From Acutalibacteraceae bacterium (lineage in GTDB: Bacteria; Bacillota; Clostridia; Oscillospirales; Acutalibacteraceae): a DNA stretch of 64,000 bases. Below are positions 56,702-64,000 of the stretch, in pieces. Made by a program: the position numbers and the translations under genes. The notes under the pieces are model-generated. The model did not search any database. It had not been told where the DNA came from and worked only from the letters and a program-made list of their open reading frames with translations. The DNA lies in NCBI GenBank assembly GCA_045536955.1, contig JAZSOM010000037.1:16973-80972 (forward strand), given 5' to 3'. Every line of letters starts with the position of its first letter. Position 1 is the stretch's first letter.

Positions 56702-58020
56702 TAAGCCTCTCCGATGAGGTCGTACTCATCTGTGTTTATAATTGTTACCGTGCAGAAATCACCCTCGCCGTAATCGTCGTTGCTCGTGAATTTCACACAG
56801 CAATCTATTTCGGGTGCGTCCATATATGTTCTGCCTGTGTAGCTGTCAGTGTAAGCATCATAGCCTTCAACAATAACCTCAAATTGTTTGCCGATGAGGC
56901 GGTTATGTTTGTCGAGTACAATGCTGTACTGATCATTCATTATTATATCCTGTCTGTCAAGCTTTGTGCGTTCATCAAGCTGATCGTCAAATTCTGCGGC
57001 AGGAGTACCTTCTTCTGCGGAGTAAGCAAAGCATCCGAGGTGGTCAAACTCAGTCTCGTTGATGAACAGAGCAAGGTTTTCGAAAGCTTCATCTGTTTCG
57101 CCCGGGAAGCCCGTAATAAATGTTGTGCGTATTGCAATATCGGGCATTCTCTCTCTGAGCTTTGCGATAAGAGCTTTGATTTGCTGTCTTGTACCTCTGC
57201 GGTTCATTCGTCTGAGCACTTCATCGTCAGCATGCTGAAGCGGAAGGTCTACGTAGTGAAGAACCTTTGGCAGTGTTGTCATTGCCTCGATAAGTTCATC
57301 GGTAAATTCATCCGGGTAGCAGTAAAGCATTCTTATCCAGTGAATACCGTCAATATCATTCAGCTTCGCAAGAAGCTCGGGCAACATAAGTTTGCCGTAA
57401 ATATCCTTGCCGTATAGCGTTGTATCCTGAGCGACGATAATGAGCTCTTTTATGCCTTTTTCGGCAAGATTTTTAGCTTCCTCGATTATGTCTTCTATCT
57501 TGCGGCTACGGTATTTGCCGCGGATTGAGGGGATTGCGCAATAAGTGCAGCAGTTGTTGCAGCCGTCTGCAATTTTGAGATATGCGTAATATTCGGGGGT
57601 TGTAAGCACACGTTTTCCGTTGAGCGGCAGCTCATCCTTGGCAGGGAAAGTGCCTATTCTTTCACCGTCAATAACTCTTTTGCAAATTTCGGCAATGTTG
57701 CCGTTTGAACCAATGCCTATTACTGCGTCAACTTCAGGCATTTCGTTGAGTATTTCTTCCTTATAACGCTCTGCAAGACAGCCTGTTACAATGATTTTTC
57801 CGACAACTCCTTCATCTTTGAGCTGTGACATATCAAGTATGCTTTCAATTGCCTCTTTTTTCGCGGATTCAATAAAACCGCAGGTGTTGACAATGACAGC
57901 ATCAACGCCGTCATACGGGTCGGCAATTTCAAAGCCGTTTTCATCAAGCTGAGCAAGCAGACATTCGCCGTCTATCTGGTTTTTAGGGCAACCGAGAGAA
58001 ATGAAACCAACAGTACTCAT
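56701..58020 (-). CDS. rimO: ribosomal protein S12 methylthiotransferase
   Basis: MTTase N-terminal domain (SLGCPKNQIDGE), radical SAM CNNCCTYC, C-terminal TRAM domain, 439 aa. Confidence 0.8.
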   Translation of the reverse strand: MSTVGFISLGCPKNQIDGECLLAQLDENGFEIADPYDGVDAVIVNTCGFIESAKKEAIESILDMSQLKDEGVVGKIIVTGCLAERYKEEILNEMPEVDAVIGIGSNGNIAEICKRVIDGERIGTFPAKDELPLNGKRVLTTPEYYAYLKIADGCNNCCTYCAIPSIRGKYRSRKIEDIIEEAKNLAEKGIKELIIVAQDTTLYGKDIYGKLMLPELLAKLNDIDGIHWIRMLYCYPDEFTDELIEAMTTLPKVLHYVDLPLQHADDEVLRRMNRRGTRQQIKALIAKLRERMPDIAIRTTFITGFPGETDEAFENLALFINETEFDHLGCFAYSAEEGTPAAEFDDQLDERTKLDRQDIIMNDQYSIVLDKHNRLIGKQFEVIVEGYDAYTDSYTGRTYMDAPEIDCCVKFTSNDDYGEGDFCTVTIINTDEYDLIGEA

Positions 58021-58637
58021 ACGTCGTAATCCTCGTCAAATTCATTATATTCGCTCATTGCGTTCCGTATATCGGAATAGCTGTATCCGAGACGCATAAG
58101 AGCGGAAAACACCTGTTTTTTTCCTTTTTCCGTATTTAGCTTGCGCGAAAATTTACCTTCTAATAATACTCTAATACTATCGTTCTCGTCAAGTGTTATT
58201 GAATTTATTGTATTATCTGCCGTTTCGCGGTCAATTCCACGCCTTATAAGCTCTGAACGTATTGCACGAAGTCCGTATCCTTTGCGTGTTGCGAGTTCTT
58301 CTGCAAAATTTTGCGCGTAGCGCTCATCATTTATGTAGCCGAGCGACTTAACTCGTTCGATTGCATCTGCCGCCGCTTCGTTACCGTCTGCCCGCATAAG
58401 TTTGTTGAAAAGCTCTTTTTCACAGTGGTCACGGCGTGAAAGTATGTTCAGTGCACGGTTAAAGCAGCGCCTTTTTGCGATTTTGTCTGCGAGAATTTTG
58501 TATTGTTCTTCGTCTATTTCATCTCCGGATACATAACCGCTTGAAAACCAGAAATCAGCATCAACGGTGAGCTTGTACTCACCGTTGATGCTGATATGTA
58601 TCTTGTTTGTTTTGCCTTTTTGTGCTGTGATTACCAT
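58017..58637 (-). CDS. recX: recombination regulator RecX
   Basis: 206-aa helical-repeat protein starting 2 nt after the recA stop, with a RecX-like pattern. Confidence 0.8.
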   Translation of the reverse strand: MVITAQKGKTNKIHISINGEYKLTVDADFWFSSGYVSGDEIDEEQYKILADKIAKRRCFNRALNILSRRDHCEKELFNKLMRADGNEAAADAIERVKSLGYINDERYAQNFAEELATRKGYGLRAIRSELIRRGIDRETADNTINSITLDENDSIRVLLEGKFSRKLNTEKGKKQVFSALMRLGYSYSDIRNAMSEYNEFDEDYDV

Positions 58638-58639
58638 AA

Positions 58640-59782
58640 TTATTCGTCGTCATCCACTGCAATATCAAGGTTTGCTTTGAGTCTGCTTTTGGGTGCGGGG
58701 GGAGCAACAACAGGTGCGGAAGGAGGGGGAAGCTCATCGTCTTTATCGGCAGTTTCGTTTTTGAAGTCGTTCTTATCGGAGAATTTTTCTCTTACCTTTG
58801 CTTCAATTTCTGCACGGAGAGCTTTATTTGTTCTGAGGATCTCTCTTACGTTGTCACGGCCCTGACCGAGACGCTCATCGTTATAAGAGAACCAAGCACC
58901 GCTTCTGTGTACAATATCGTACTGGACGGCAAGGTCAAGAATTTCGCCCTCAACAGCAATTCCTTTGCCGAACATAATATCAAACTCAGCGGTTTTGAAG
59001 GGGGGAGCAACTTTGTTCTTTACTATCTTTGCTTTTGTGCGCGAGCCGATAAATTCGCCGCCGGTGCCCTTGAGCTGCTCAACCTTACGCACGTCGATAC
59101 GCATTGATGCGTAGTATTTGAGTGCACGTCCGCCGGTTGTAACCTCGGGATTGCCGTACATAACTCCAACCTTTTCACGAAGCTGATTTATAAAAATGAG
59201 GATTGTGTTTGATTTTGAAATAGCACCTGCAAGTTTGCGCAGAGCCTGAGACATAAGCCTTGCGTGAAGACCTACGTGTGAATCACCCATTTCGCCGTCA
59301 ATTTCGGCGCGCGGAACAAGGGCTGCAACTGAGTCGACAACAACTACGTCGAGAGCACCTGAACGGACAAGGGCTTCGGTGATTTCAAGAGCCTGCTCGC
59401 CGTTGTCGGGCTGTGAAACAAGAAGTGAGTCGATATCTACACCGAGATGTGAAGCGTAAACCGGGTCAAGTGCGTGCTCGGCATCAATGAATGCCGCTTC
59501 ACCGCCTGCTTTCTGTGCCTCTGCTACAACGTGAAGCGCAAGTGTTGTTTTACCGGAAGATTCGGGTCCGTAAATCTCGACAATTCTGCCGCGGGGAAGA
59601 CCGCCGATGCCTGTTGCGCTGTCAAGCGTGAGGGAACCGGTTGAGATTGCCTCGACGTTGAGGCCGCAGTTCTGACCAAGGCGCATAATTGCCCCCTTGC
59701 CGTAGCTTTTCTCAATCTGTTTGAGGGCGGTTTCAAGCGCACTATTTTTTTCTGCGATTTTTACAGTTGTTTTCTCTGCCAT
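58640..59782 (-). CDS. recA: recombinase RecA
   Basis: Walker [10 protein letters not shown] and the RecA core throughout. Pro/acidic-rich C-terminal tail. The ATG at 59782 lies 8 nt after GGAGG; the tracked upstream extension is rejected. Confidence 0.95.
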   Translation of the reverse strand: MAEKTTVKIAEKNSALETALKQIEKSYGKGAIMRLGQNCGLNVEAISTGSLTLDSATGIGGLPRGRIVEIYGPESSGKTTLALHVVAEAQKAGGEAAFIDAEHALDPVYASHLGVDIDSLLVSQPDNGEQALEITEALVRSGALDVVVVDSVAALVPRAEIDGEMGDSHVGLHARLMSQALRKLAGAISKSNTILIFINQLREKVGVMYGNPEVTTGGRALKYYASMRIDVRKVEQLKGTGGEFIGSRTKAKIVKNKVAPPFKTAEFDIMFGKGIAVEGEILDLAVQYDIVHRSGAWFSYNDERLGQGRDNVREILRTNKALRAEIEAKVREKFSDKNDFKNETADKDDELPPPSAPVVAPPAPKSRLKANLDIAVDDDE

Positions 59783-59804
59783 ATTAATATCCTCCGAAAG
59801 GTAT

Positions 59805-59818
59805 AGTACAAATGTTCG
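59805..59818 (-). promoter_or_regulatory. candidate LexA (Cheo/DinR) box in the recA 5'UTR
   Basis: Minus strand reads CGAACATTTGTACT. The left half is a perfect CGAAC; the right half is degenerate (GTAC versus GTTC). It lies 12 nt downstream of the -10. Confidence 0.4.
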
Positions 59819-59830
59819 ATAGCTGACTCG

Positions 59831-59859
59831 ATTATAACCTTTTGCACAATAATTGTCAA
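59831..59859 (-). promoter_or_regulatory. consensus sigma-A promoter of recA
   Basis: Minus strand reads TTGACA (59859-59854), 17-nt spacer, TATAAT (59836-59831). Confidence 0.7.
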
Positions 59860-59969
59860 GCATTTTTCAACATTCTGCGAAAAAATTTTTCCGCATATTA
59901 AATACCCTTGCAATTTATAATGTTTTAGTTTATCATTAACGTGATTATTTTTTGAAAAGGTGCGTAATT

Positions 59970-61076
59970 ATGGTACTTAACGAGTTGGTTTCACTTTCAA
60001 ACATCTATGGTTCAAATGAAGAACTTGTTCTTGCAGGCGGCGGTAATACCTCAGCAAAAGACGGCGATATTATGTATATCAAAGGCTCCGGTACGCAGCT
60101 TGCAACAATTACTGCAGAAGGTTTTGTAAAAATGAGCAGGGCTGCGCTTGCAGAAATTTTCACAAAGGAGTATCCGACTGACGATGATGCGCGCGAAGCT
60201 CAGGCGCTTGCAGACCTTACGGCTGCAAAAATGCCCGGCGAAGAGAGTAAACGTCCCAGCGTAGAAACTCTGCTTCACAGTCTTTTTCCTCATAAATTTG
60301 TTTTCCACGTTCATCCTGCGCTTGTGAACGGCCTTACCTGTTCAGCAAACGGTGAAGAAGCTGCAAAGAAACTTTTCGGTGACGGATTCGTATGGATTGA
60401 ATCTTGTAAGCCGGGATATACACTTTTCAAAATTTGCTTTGATAAAATGACAGCATATAAAAATCAGACAGGCAAAGACGCCGATATGCTTCTTCTTCAG
60501 AATCACGGTATTTTCATTGCGGCTGATACCACACAGGCGATAGGAGATAAATTGGCTTCTGTTATGTCGAAGCTCAATGCCGCCATAGTACGTGAGCCTG
60601 ACTTTGACAGCGGCGATTATGACGGCGAAAAGGCTCAGAAATGCTTTGAGGTTATTTATGAGCTTTATGGTGAAGATGCTGTTATCACCTATGAGCCCGG
60701 CGCTGAGTCGCTCCGCTTTGCAGAAAGCCCCGAAACAGCCGCTGCTTTGATGAAGCCTTTTACACCTGATCATATTGTTTACTGCAAGGCTGAGCCTGTA
60801 TACGGCTTCTGCCAGGCCTGTATCAGAGGCGCTGTCAACGAATATGTCGACGAGCACGGTTTTATGCCCAAAATTATAATCATCAGCGGATGCGGCTTCT
60901 TCGCGGTTGATCTTACACCCAAGGGCAGTGAAACAGCTGCAATGCTGTTTAATGATGCAATTAAGGTCGCAACCTATTCCGAATCATTCGGAGGACCTCT
61001 TCACATGACTGATGAGCTTTCCGATTTTATCACAAACTGGGAAGTTGAATCATACAGACAAAAACAGAACTCATAA
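59970..61076 (+). CDS. class II aldolase/adducin-like protein resembling the N-terminal (RhaE-like) half of bifunctional rhamnulose-1-phosphate aldolase/SDR enzymes
   Basis: LAGGGNTSAK ... YIKGSGTQLATI pattern. 368 aa with no SDR half. ATG at 59970 after AAAGGTG. Confidence 0.6.
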   Translation: MVLNELVSLSNIYGSNEELVLAGGGNTSAKDGDIMYIKGSGTQLATITAEGFVKMSRAALAEIFTKEYPTDDDAREAQALADLTAAKMPGEESKRPSVETLLHSLFPHKFVFHVHPALVNGLTCSANGEEAAKKLFGDGFVWIESCKPGYTLFKICFDKMTAYKNQTGKDADMLLLQNHGIFIAADTTQAIGDKLASVMSKLNAAIVREPDFDSGDYDGEKAQKCFEVIYELYGEDAVITYEPGAESLRFAESPETAAALMKPFTPDHIVYCKAEPVYGFCQACIRGAVNEYVDEHGFMPKIIIISGCGFFAVDLTPKGSETAAMLFNDAIKVATYSESFGGPLHMTDELSDFITNWEVESYRQKQNS

Positions 61077-61099
61077 AAAGAATTTCGGGAGAATTTGTT

Positions 61100-61954
61100 A
61101 TGTATTACAGTATTGAAAACGACTATCTTACCGCACAAATAGACGATATGGGCGCACAGCTGCACTCTCTTGTGACAAAGGATAACGGCTGTGAATATCT
61201 CTGGCAGGGCAACCCCGATATCTGGTACGGTCAGGCTCCGGTGCTTTTCCCCGTTATCGGTCAGCTTTATGAGGATAAATTCCGCTATGACGGCGCCGAA
61301 TATCCGCTTGCAAAGCACGGGTTTGCACGTAAGATGCTTTTTGAAGCTGCAGACGTTGAGGGTGCGAGAGCAGTTTTTTTTCTTCGTTCAAACGAGGAGA
61401 CACTTAAGATGTTTCCGTTTGCTTTTGAGCTTGAAGTCTGTTTTGAGCTTGTTGGCAGAGCAATCAAGGTTACGCACACCGTAACAAACAACGATGGCAA
61501 GACAATGTATTTTTCACTCGGCGCTCACCCCGGCTTCAACTGTGAGATAGGTGATTACCTCGAGTTTGAAGAGTCTGAAGACGGAGCACAGGTAGAGAAG
61601 ATAGATAAAGAGAACATTATCATCGGCACAAAATTTGATGTGGAGCTTGAGGAGGGCAGACGACTTCGGCTCACACCCGAGCTTTTTGCCGAGGATGCAC
61701 TGATATTCTCTGACCTTAATTCAAATGTTGTCACCCTTAAGAGTGATAATAATTCGCGTACCGTACGTTTCGATTTCGGTGATGCACCCTTCCTCGGTAT
61801 CTGGGCAAAGCCCAATGCTCCTTACGTATGTATAGAGCCCTGGTACGGTGTAAATGATGACAGAATCCGCTATGAGGATGTTTCGCAAAAAAGAGGAATT
61901 CAGTCACTCGAGCCTGATGACAGCTTCGACCTTGTCTGGATTGCAGAGCTTTGA
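61100..61954 (+). CDS. aldose 1-epimerase family protein (LacX-like)
   Basis: 284 aa. FPVIGQL ... HGFAR ... GAHPGF pattern of the mutarotase superfamily. Confidence 0.8.
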   Translation: MYYSIENDYLTAQIDDMGAQLHSLVTKDNGCEYLWQGNPDIWYGQAPVLFPVIGQLYEDKFRYDGAEYPLAKHGFARKMLFEAADVEGARAVFFLRSNEETLKMFPFAFELEVCFELVGRAIKVTHTVTNNDGKTMYFSLGAHPGFNCEIGDYLEFEESEDGAQVEKIDKENIIIGTKFDVELEEGRRLRLTPELFAEDALIFSDLNSNVVTLKSDNNSRTVRFDFGDAPFLGIWAKPNAPYVCIEPWYGVNDDRIRYEDVSQKRGIQSLEPDDSFDLVWIAEL

Positions 61955-61964
61955 TAAACAATAG

Positions 61965-61991
61965 AGCCGAGGATTTTCCTCGGCTTTTTTT
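61965..61991 (+). terminator. intrinsic terminator
   Basis: Stem AGCCGAGGA / CCTCGGCT with a TTTT loop, followed by a T-run. Confidence 0.85.
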
Positions 61992-62010
61992 ACAGGAGGT
62001 TAAATGAGTA

Positions 62011-64000
62011 ATGAATCATAACGATATTTTCGGCTGCGCAAAGTGGTTGAGTGCCGATAAGAGTATTTCAGCACCTGTATTTCGCGCCGAGTTTTTCACG
62101 GATAATGTGAAAAAAGCGACAATTACAATATGCGGTCTCGGTATGTTTGAGCTTTATATCAACGGCAGAAAGGTCAGTGACGATCTTCTTGTGCCTGCTT
62201 TTTCTCAATACTGCTACCGTGATCTCAGCGCGCATTATAAAATCCGTCAGGATGTTATGAGCTACCGTACTTATGCATTGAAATATGATATTACTTCATA
62301 TCTAAATGAAGGCGCTAACGCACTTGGCGTTCTTCTAGGTAACGGTTGGTACAATCTTTCTGATGATTGTGACGGTAATCCTACATATACAAGCTACGGT
62401 GAACTGAAACTCTGTTATAAAATTGATATAGTTTACAACGACGGAACATTGTCCGAAATCATAAGCGACGGGTACCTTAAGTTTGGTGAGAGTGAAATTA
62501 TATACAACAATATCTACGGCGGTGAAAGGCACGATTATTCGCTCGCCAAAAAAGGCTTCAGCACAGTCGGTTATGATGATTCGTTATGGTATCCGGTCAA
62601 TATTTCTTCTGCCCCGGAATGTGAGTTTATGCTTCAGACCTGTCCTGCAGACAAGGTTATCTGCACCGTAAATGCCGTTAAAATAAAGGATTTCGGCGAC
62701 GTAAGTATCTATGACTGCGGTGAGGGGATTACGGGTTACGCCGTTGTAACACCGATTGATAACGGCGAAGAAATCACGGTTCGTTATGCCGATGCACTGA
62801 AAGATGATTCAACGCTTGATTTCTACCCGAGCGGCGGTGACGGCGATAAGCTTCAGCAGGATGTTTTTGTGCACACAACAGCAGGCGAATCGTATTATCC
62901 TCATTTTTGTTGGCACGCATTCCGCTATATTGAGCTTTCAAACAACGCACGTATCGAAAAGGTCAACGTTGTCCATTCCGAGTGCAGCGTAACAAGCGGT
63001 TTCGATTCAGACAACGAGGTGCTCAACTGGCTTTATAGAACGTACCTTCGTACTCAGCTTGATAATATGCATTGCGGCGTACCGTCAGATTGTCCGCATA
63101 TTGAGCGGCTCGGATATACGGGTGACGGTCAGCTCTGTGCAGAGGCTGTTATGCTTATGACAGACAGCAAGGAGTTTTATCGCAAGTGGATGGGTGATAT
63201 TGCCGACTGTCAGGATGTTGAAACAGGTCACGTTCAGCATACAACACCTTTCTGCGGCGGTGGCGGCGGTCCTGCTGCCTGGGGCGGTGCAATAGTCGTA
63301 GTGCCCTATGTTTTCTGTAAAACTTTCGGTGACAAGAGCGTTATTGAGCAGTATCTGCCCAATATGTTAAAGTACGTCGATTATATGGTATCTCACAGCG
63401 AAAACGGTCTCGTCTGCCGTGAAGAAACAGAGTGGTGTCTTGGTGATTGGTGCGCTCCGATGGAGCTTCACAAGCCTGAGCCGCATACAAAGAGCCGTGT
63501 GCTTATTCCCGAAACTTATGTCAATACGGTTCTGTTTATCAAACAGATGAAAATGATTATCGAGCTTGCAAAGCTTATCGGCAAAGATGATGCGGTTTCA
63601 CATCTGCCTGAGCTTATTGATAAAGCTTCTGCAATGGTAAATGTTGCTTATTACAGCCCGATGACTCATTGCTACTGCGGTGACGTTCAGGGTGCAAACT
63701 GCCTTGCGCTTGATGCAGGTCTAGGAGATGAAAAAACTCTGCAGATGACCGTTGAGAAATATGCCGACAGAGAGCGCTTTGACACAGGCATTGTTGCAAC
63801 CGACGTGCTTCCGCGTATTTTGTTTGAGAGCGATAATGCTCAGGTTGCTTATAACCTCATGACGTCCCGTGAAGCACCGTCATTCGGCTATATGATGGAG
63901 CAGGGCGCAACAACTCTTTGGGAGGATTGGCTGCCCGAGCGTTCACTCAATCATCCGATGTTTGGTGCGCTGACCCGTTATCTCTTTACATATCTGCTCG
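62011..64000 (+). CDS. GH78 alpha-L-rhamnosidase, 3'-truncated by the window edge (not in the ORF track)
   Basis: Hand translation stays open from ATG 62011 to the window end. GH78 hallmarks: N-terminal MFELYINGRKVSDD, FRYIEL, GVPSDCPHIERLGYTGDGQ. No signal peptide. Confidence 0.8.
   Translation, partial: MNHNDIFGCAKWLSADKSISAPVFRAEFFTDNVKKATITICGLGMFELYINGRKVSDDLLVPAFSQYCYRDLSAHYKIRQDVMSYRTYALKYDITSYLNEGANALGVLLGNGWYNLSDDCDGNPTYTSYGELKLCYKIDIVYNDGTLSEIISDGYLKFGESEIIYNNIYGGERHDYSLAKKGFSTVGYDDSLWYPVNISSAPECEFMLQTCPADKVICTVNAVKIKDFGDVSIYDCGEGITGYAVVTPIDNGEEITVRYADALKDDSTLDFYPSGGDGDKLQQDVFVHTTAGESYYPHFCWHAFRYIELSNNARIEKVNVVHSECSVTSGFDSDNEVLNWLYRTYLRTQLDNMHCGVPSDCPHIERLGYTGDGQLCAEAVMLMTDSKEFYRKWMGDIADCQDVETGHVQHTTPFCGGGGGPAAWGGAIVVVPYVFCKTFGDKSVIEQYLPNMLKYVDYMVSHSENGLVCREETEWCLGDWCAPMELHKPEPHTKSRVLIPETYVNTVLFIKQMKMIIELAKLIGKDDAVSHLPELIDKASAMVNVAYYSPMTHCYCGDVQGANCLALDAGLGDEKTLQMTVEKYADRERFDTGIVATDVLPRILFESDNAQVAYNLMTSREAPSFGYMMEQGATTLWEDWLPERSLNHPMFGALTRYLFTYLL

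Noticed and set aside
56689-57417. 242-aa + strand ORF inside rimO, plus similar ORFs at 10816-11538, 9230-9886 and 20730-21497.
   Set aside because: This is the same register-locked antisense phenomenon. The products are hydrophobic and low-complexity, and there are no start signals.
1-64000. I scanned for CRISPR repeats, tRNA or rRNA genes (T-loop GGTTCGAATCC-type motifs), transposase, integrase or phage genes, toxin-antitoxin pairs, and large unexplained intergenic regions.
   Set aside because: None found by eye. The largest non-coding gaps (6796-6986, 22429-22661, 31531-31700, 40065-40332, 52295-52471, 55833-56119, 59783-59969) are explained by divergent promoters or the T-box leader.

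Overview
Dense 64-kb chromosomal window with about 62 CDS. Gene content, gene order and codon style suggest a Clostridia genome, Oscillospiraceae/Ruminococcaceae-like (inference only). Nearly every ORF is a recognisable core or housekeeping gene. Left to right: a TagF-like polymerase; obg-mrnC-yitT (-); the phoH-ybeY-dgkA-era-(yqzL-like)-recO ribosome-maturation/repair cluster; a GalK-family kinase; a tight M42-M42-GNAT-ynbB-DUF2461 operon; an Hrb-like flavin reductase/rubredoxin; an OmpR/HK pair, GH95 and an ECF sigma with a membrane partner; tatD-metG (-); alkaline phosphatase, a FemAB-like transferase, an alanine-racemase-like gene and GH29; a heterodimeric ABC exporter (-); a gap-free metF-metH-(BNR protein)-hisZGDCBHAFI array; a secreted repeat protein; recA-recX-rimO-pgsA followed by T-box-cysE-cysS (-); and an aldolase/epimerase/GH78 rhamnose cluster running off the right edge. 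I saw no rRNA, tRNA, CRISPR, transposase, integrase or phage genes. Supported regulatory elements are a fully parsable Cys T-box leader, a consensus recA promoter with a degenerate LexA (Cheo) box, several near-consensus sigma-A promoters and about 11 intrinsic terminators. I do not see a clear-cut novel system. The best candidates for a second look are: (1) a radical-SAM/SPASM-like ORF lacking the CX3CX2C motif; (2) a cytoplasmic BNR/sialidase-like gene translationally coupled to metH and fused into the his operon, with no riboswitch or T-box control; (3) an untracked YqzL-like micro-ORF overlapping recO; (4) a Fem-transferase plus racemase pair; (5) a strong-SD 13-codon uORF ahead of a three-repeat surface protein. 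All family calls come from motif recognition by eye, not database searches.
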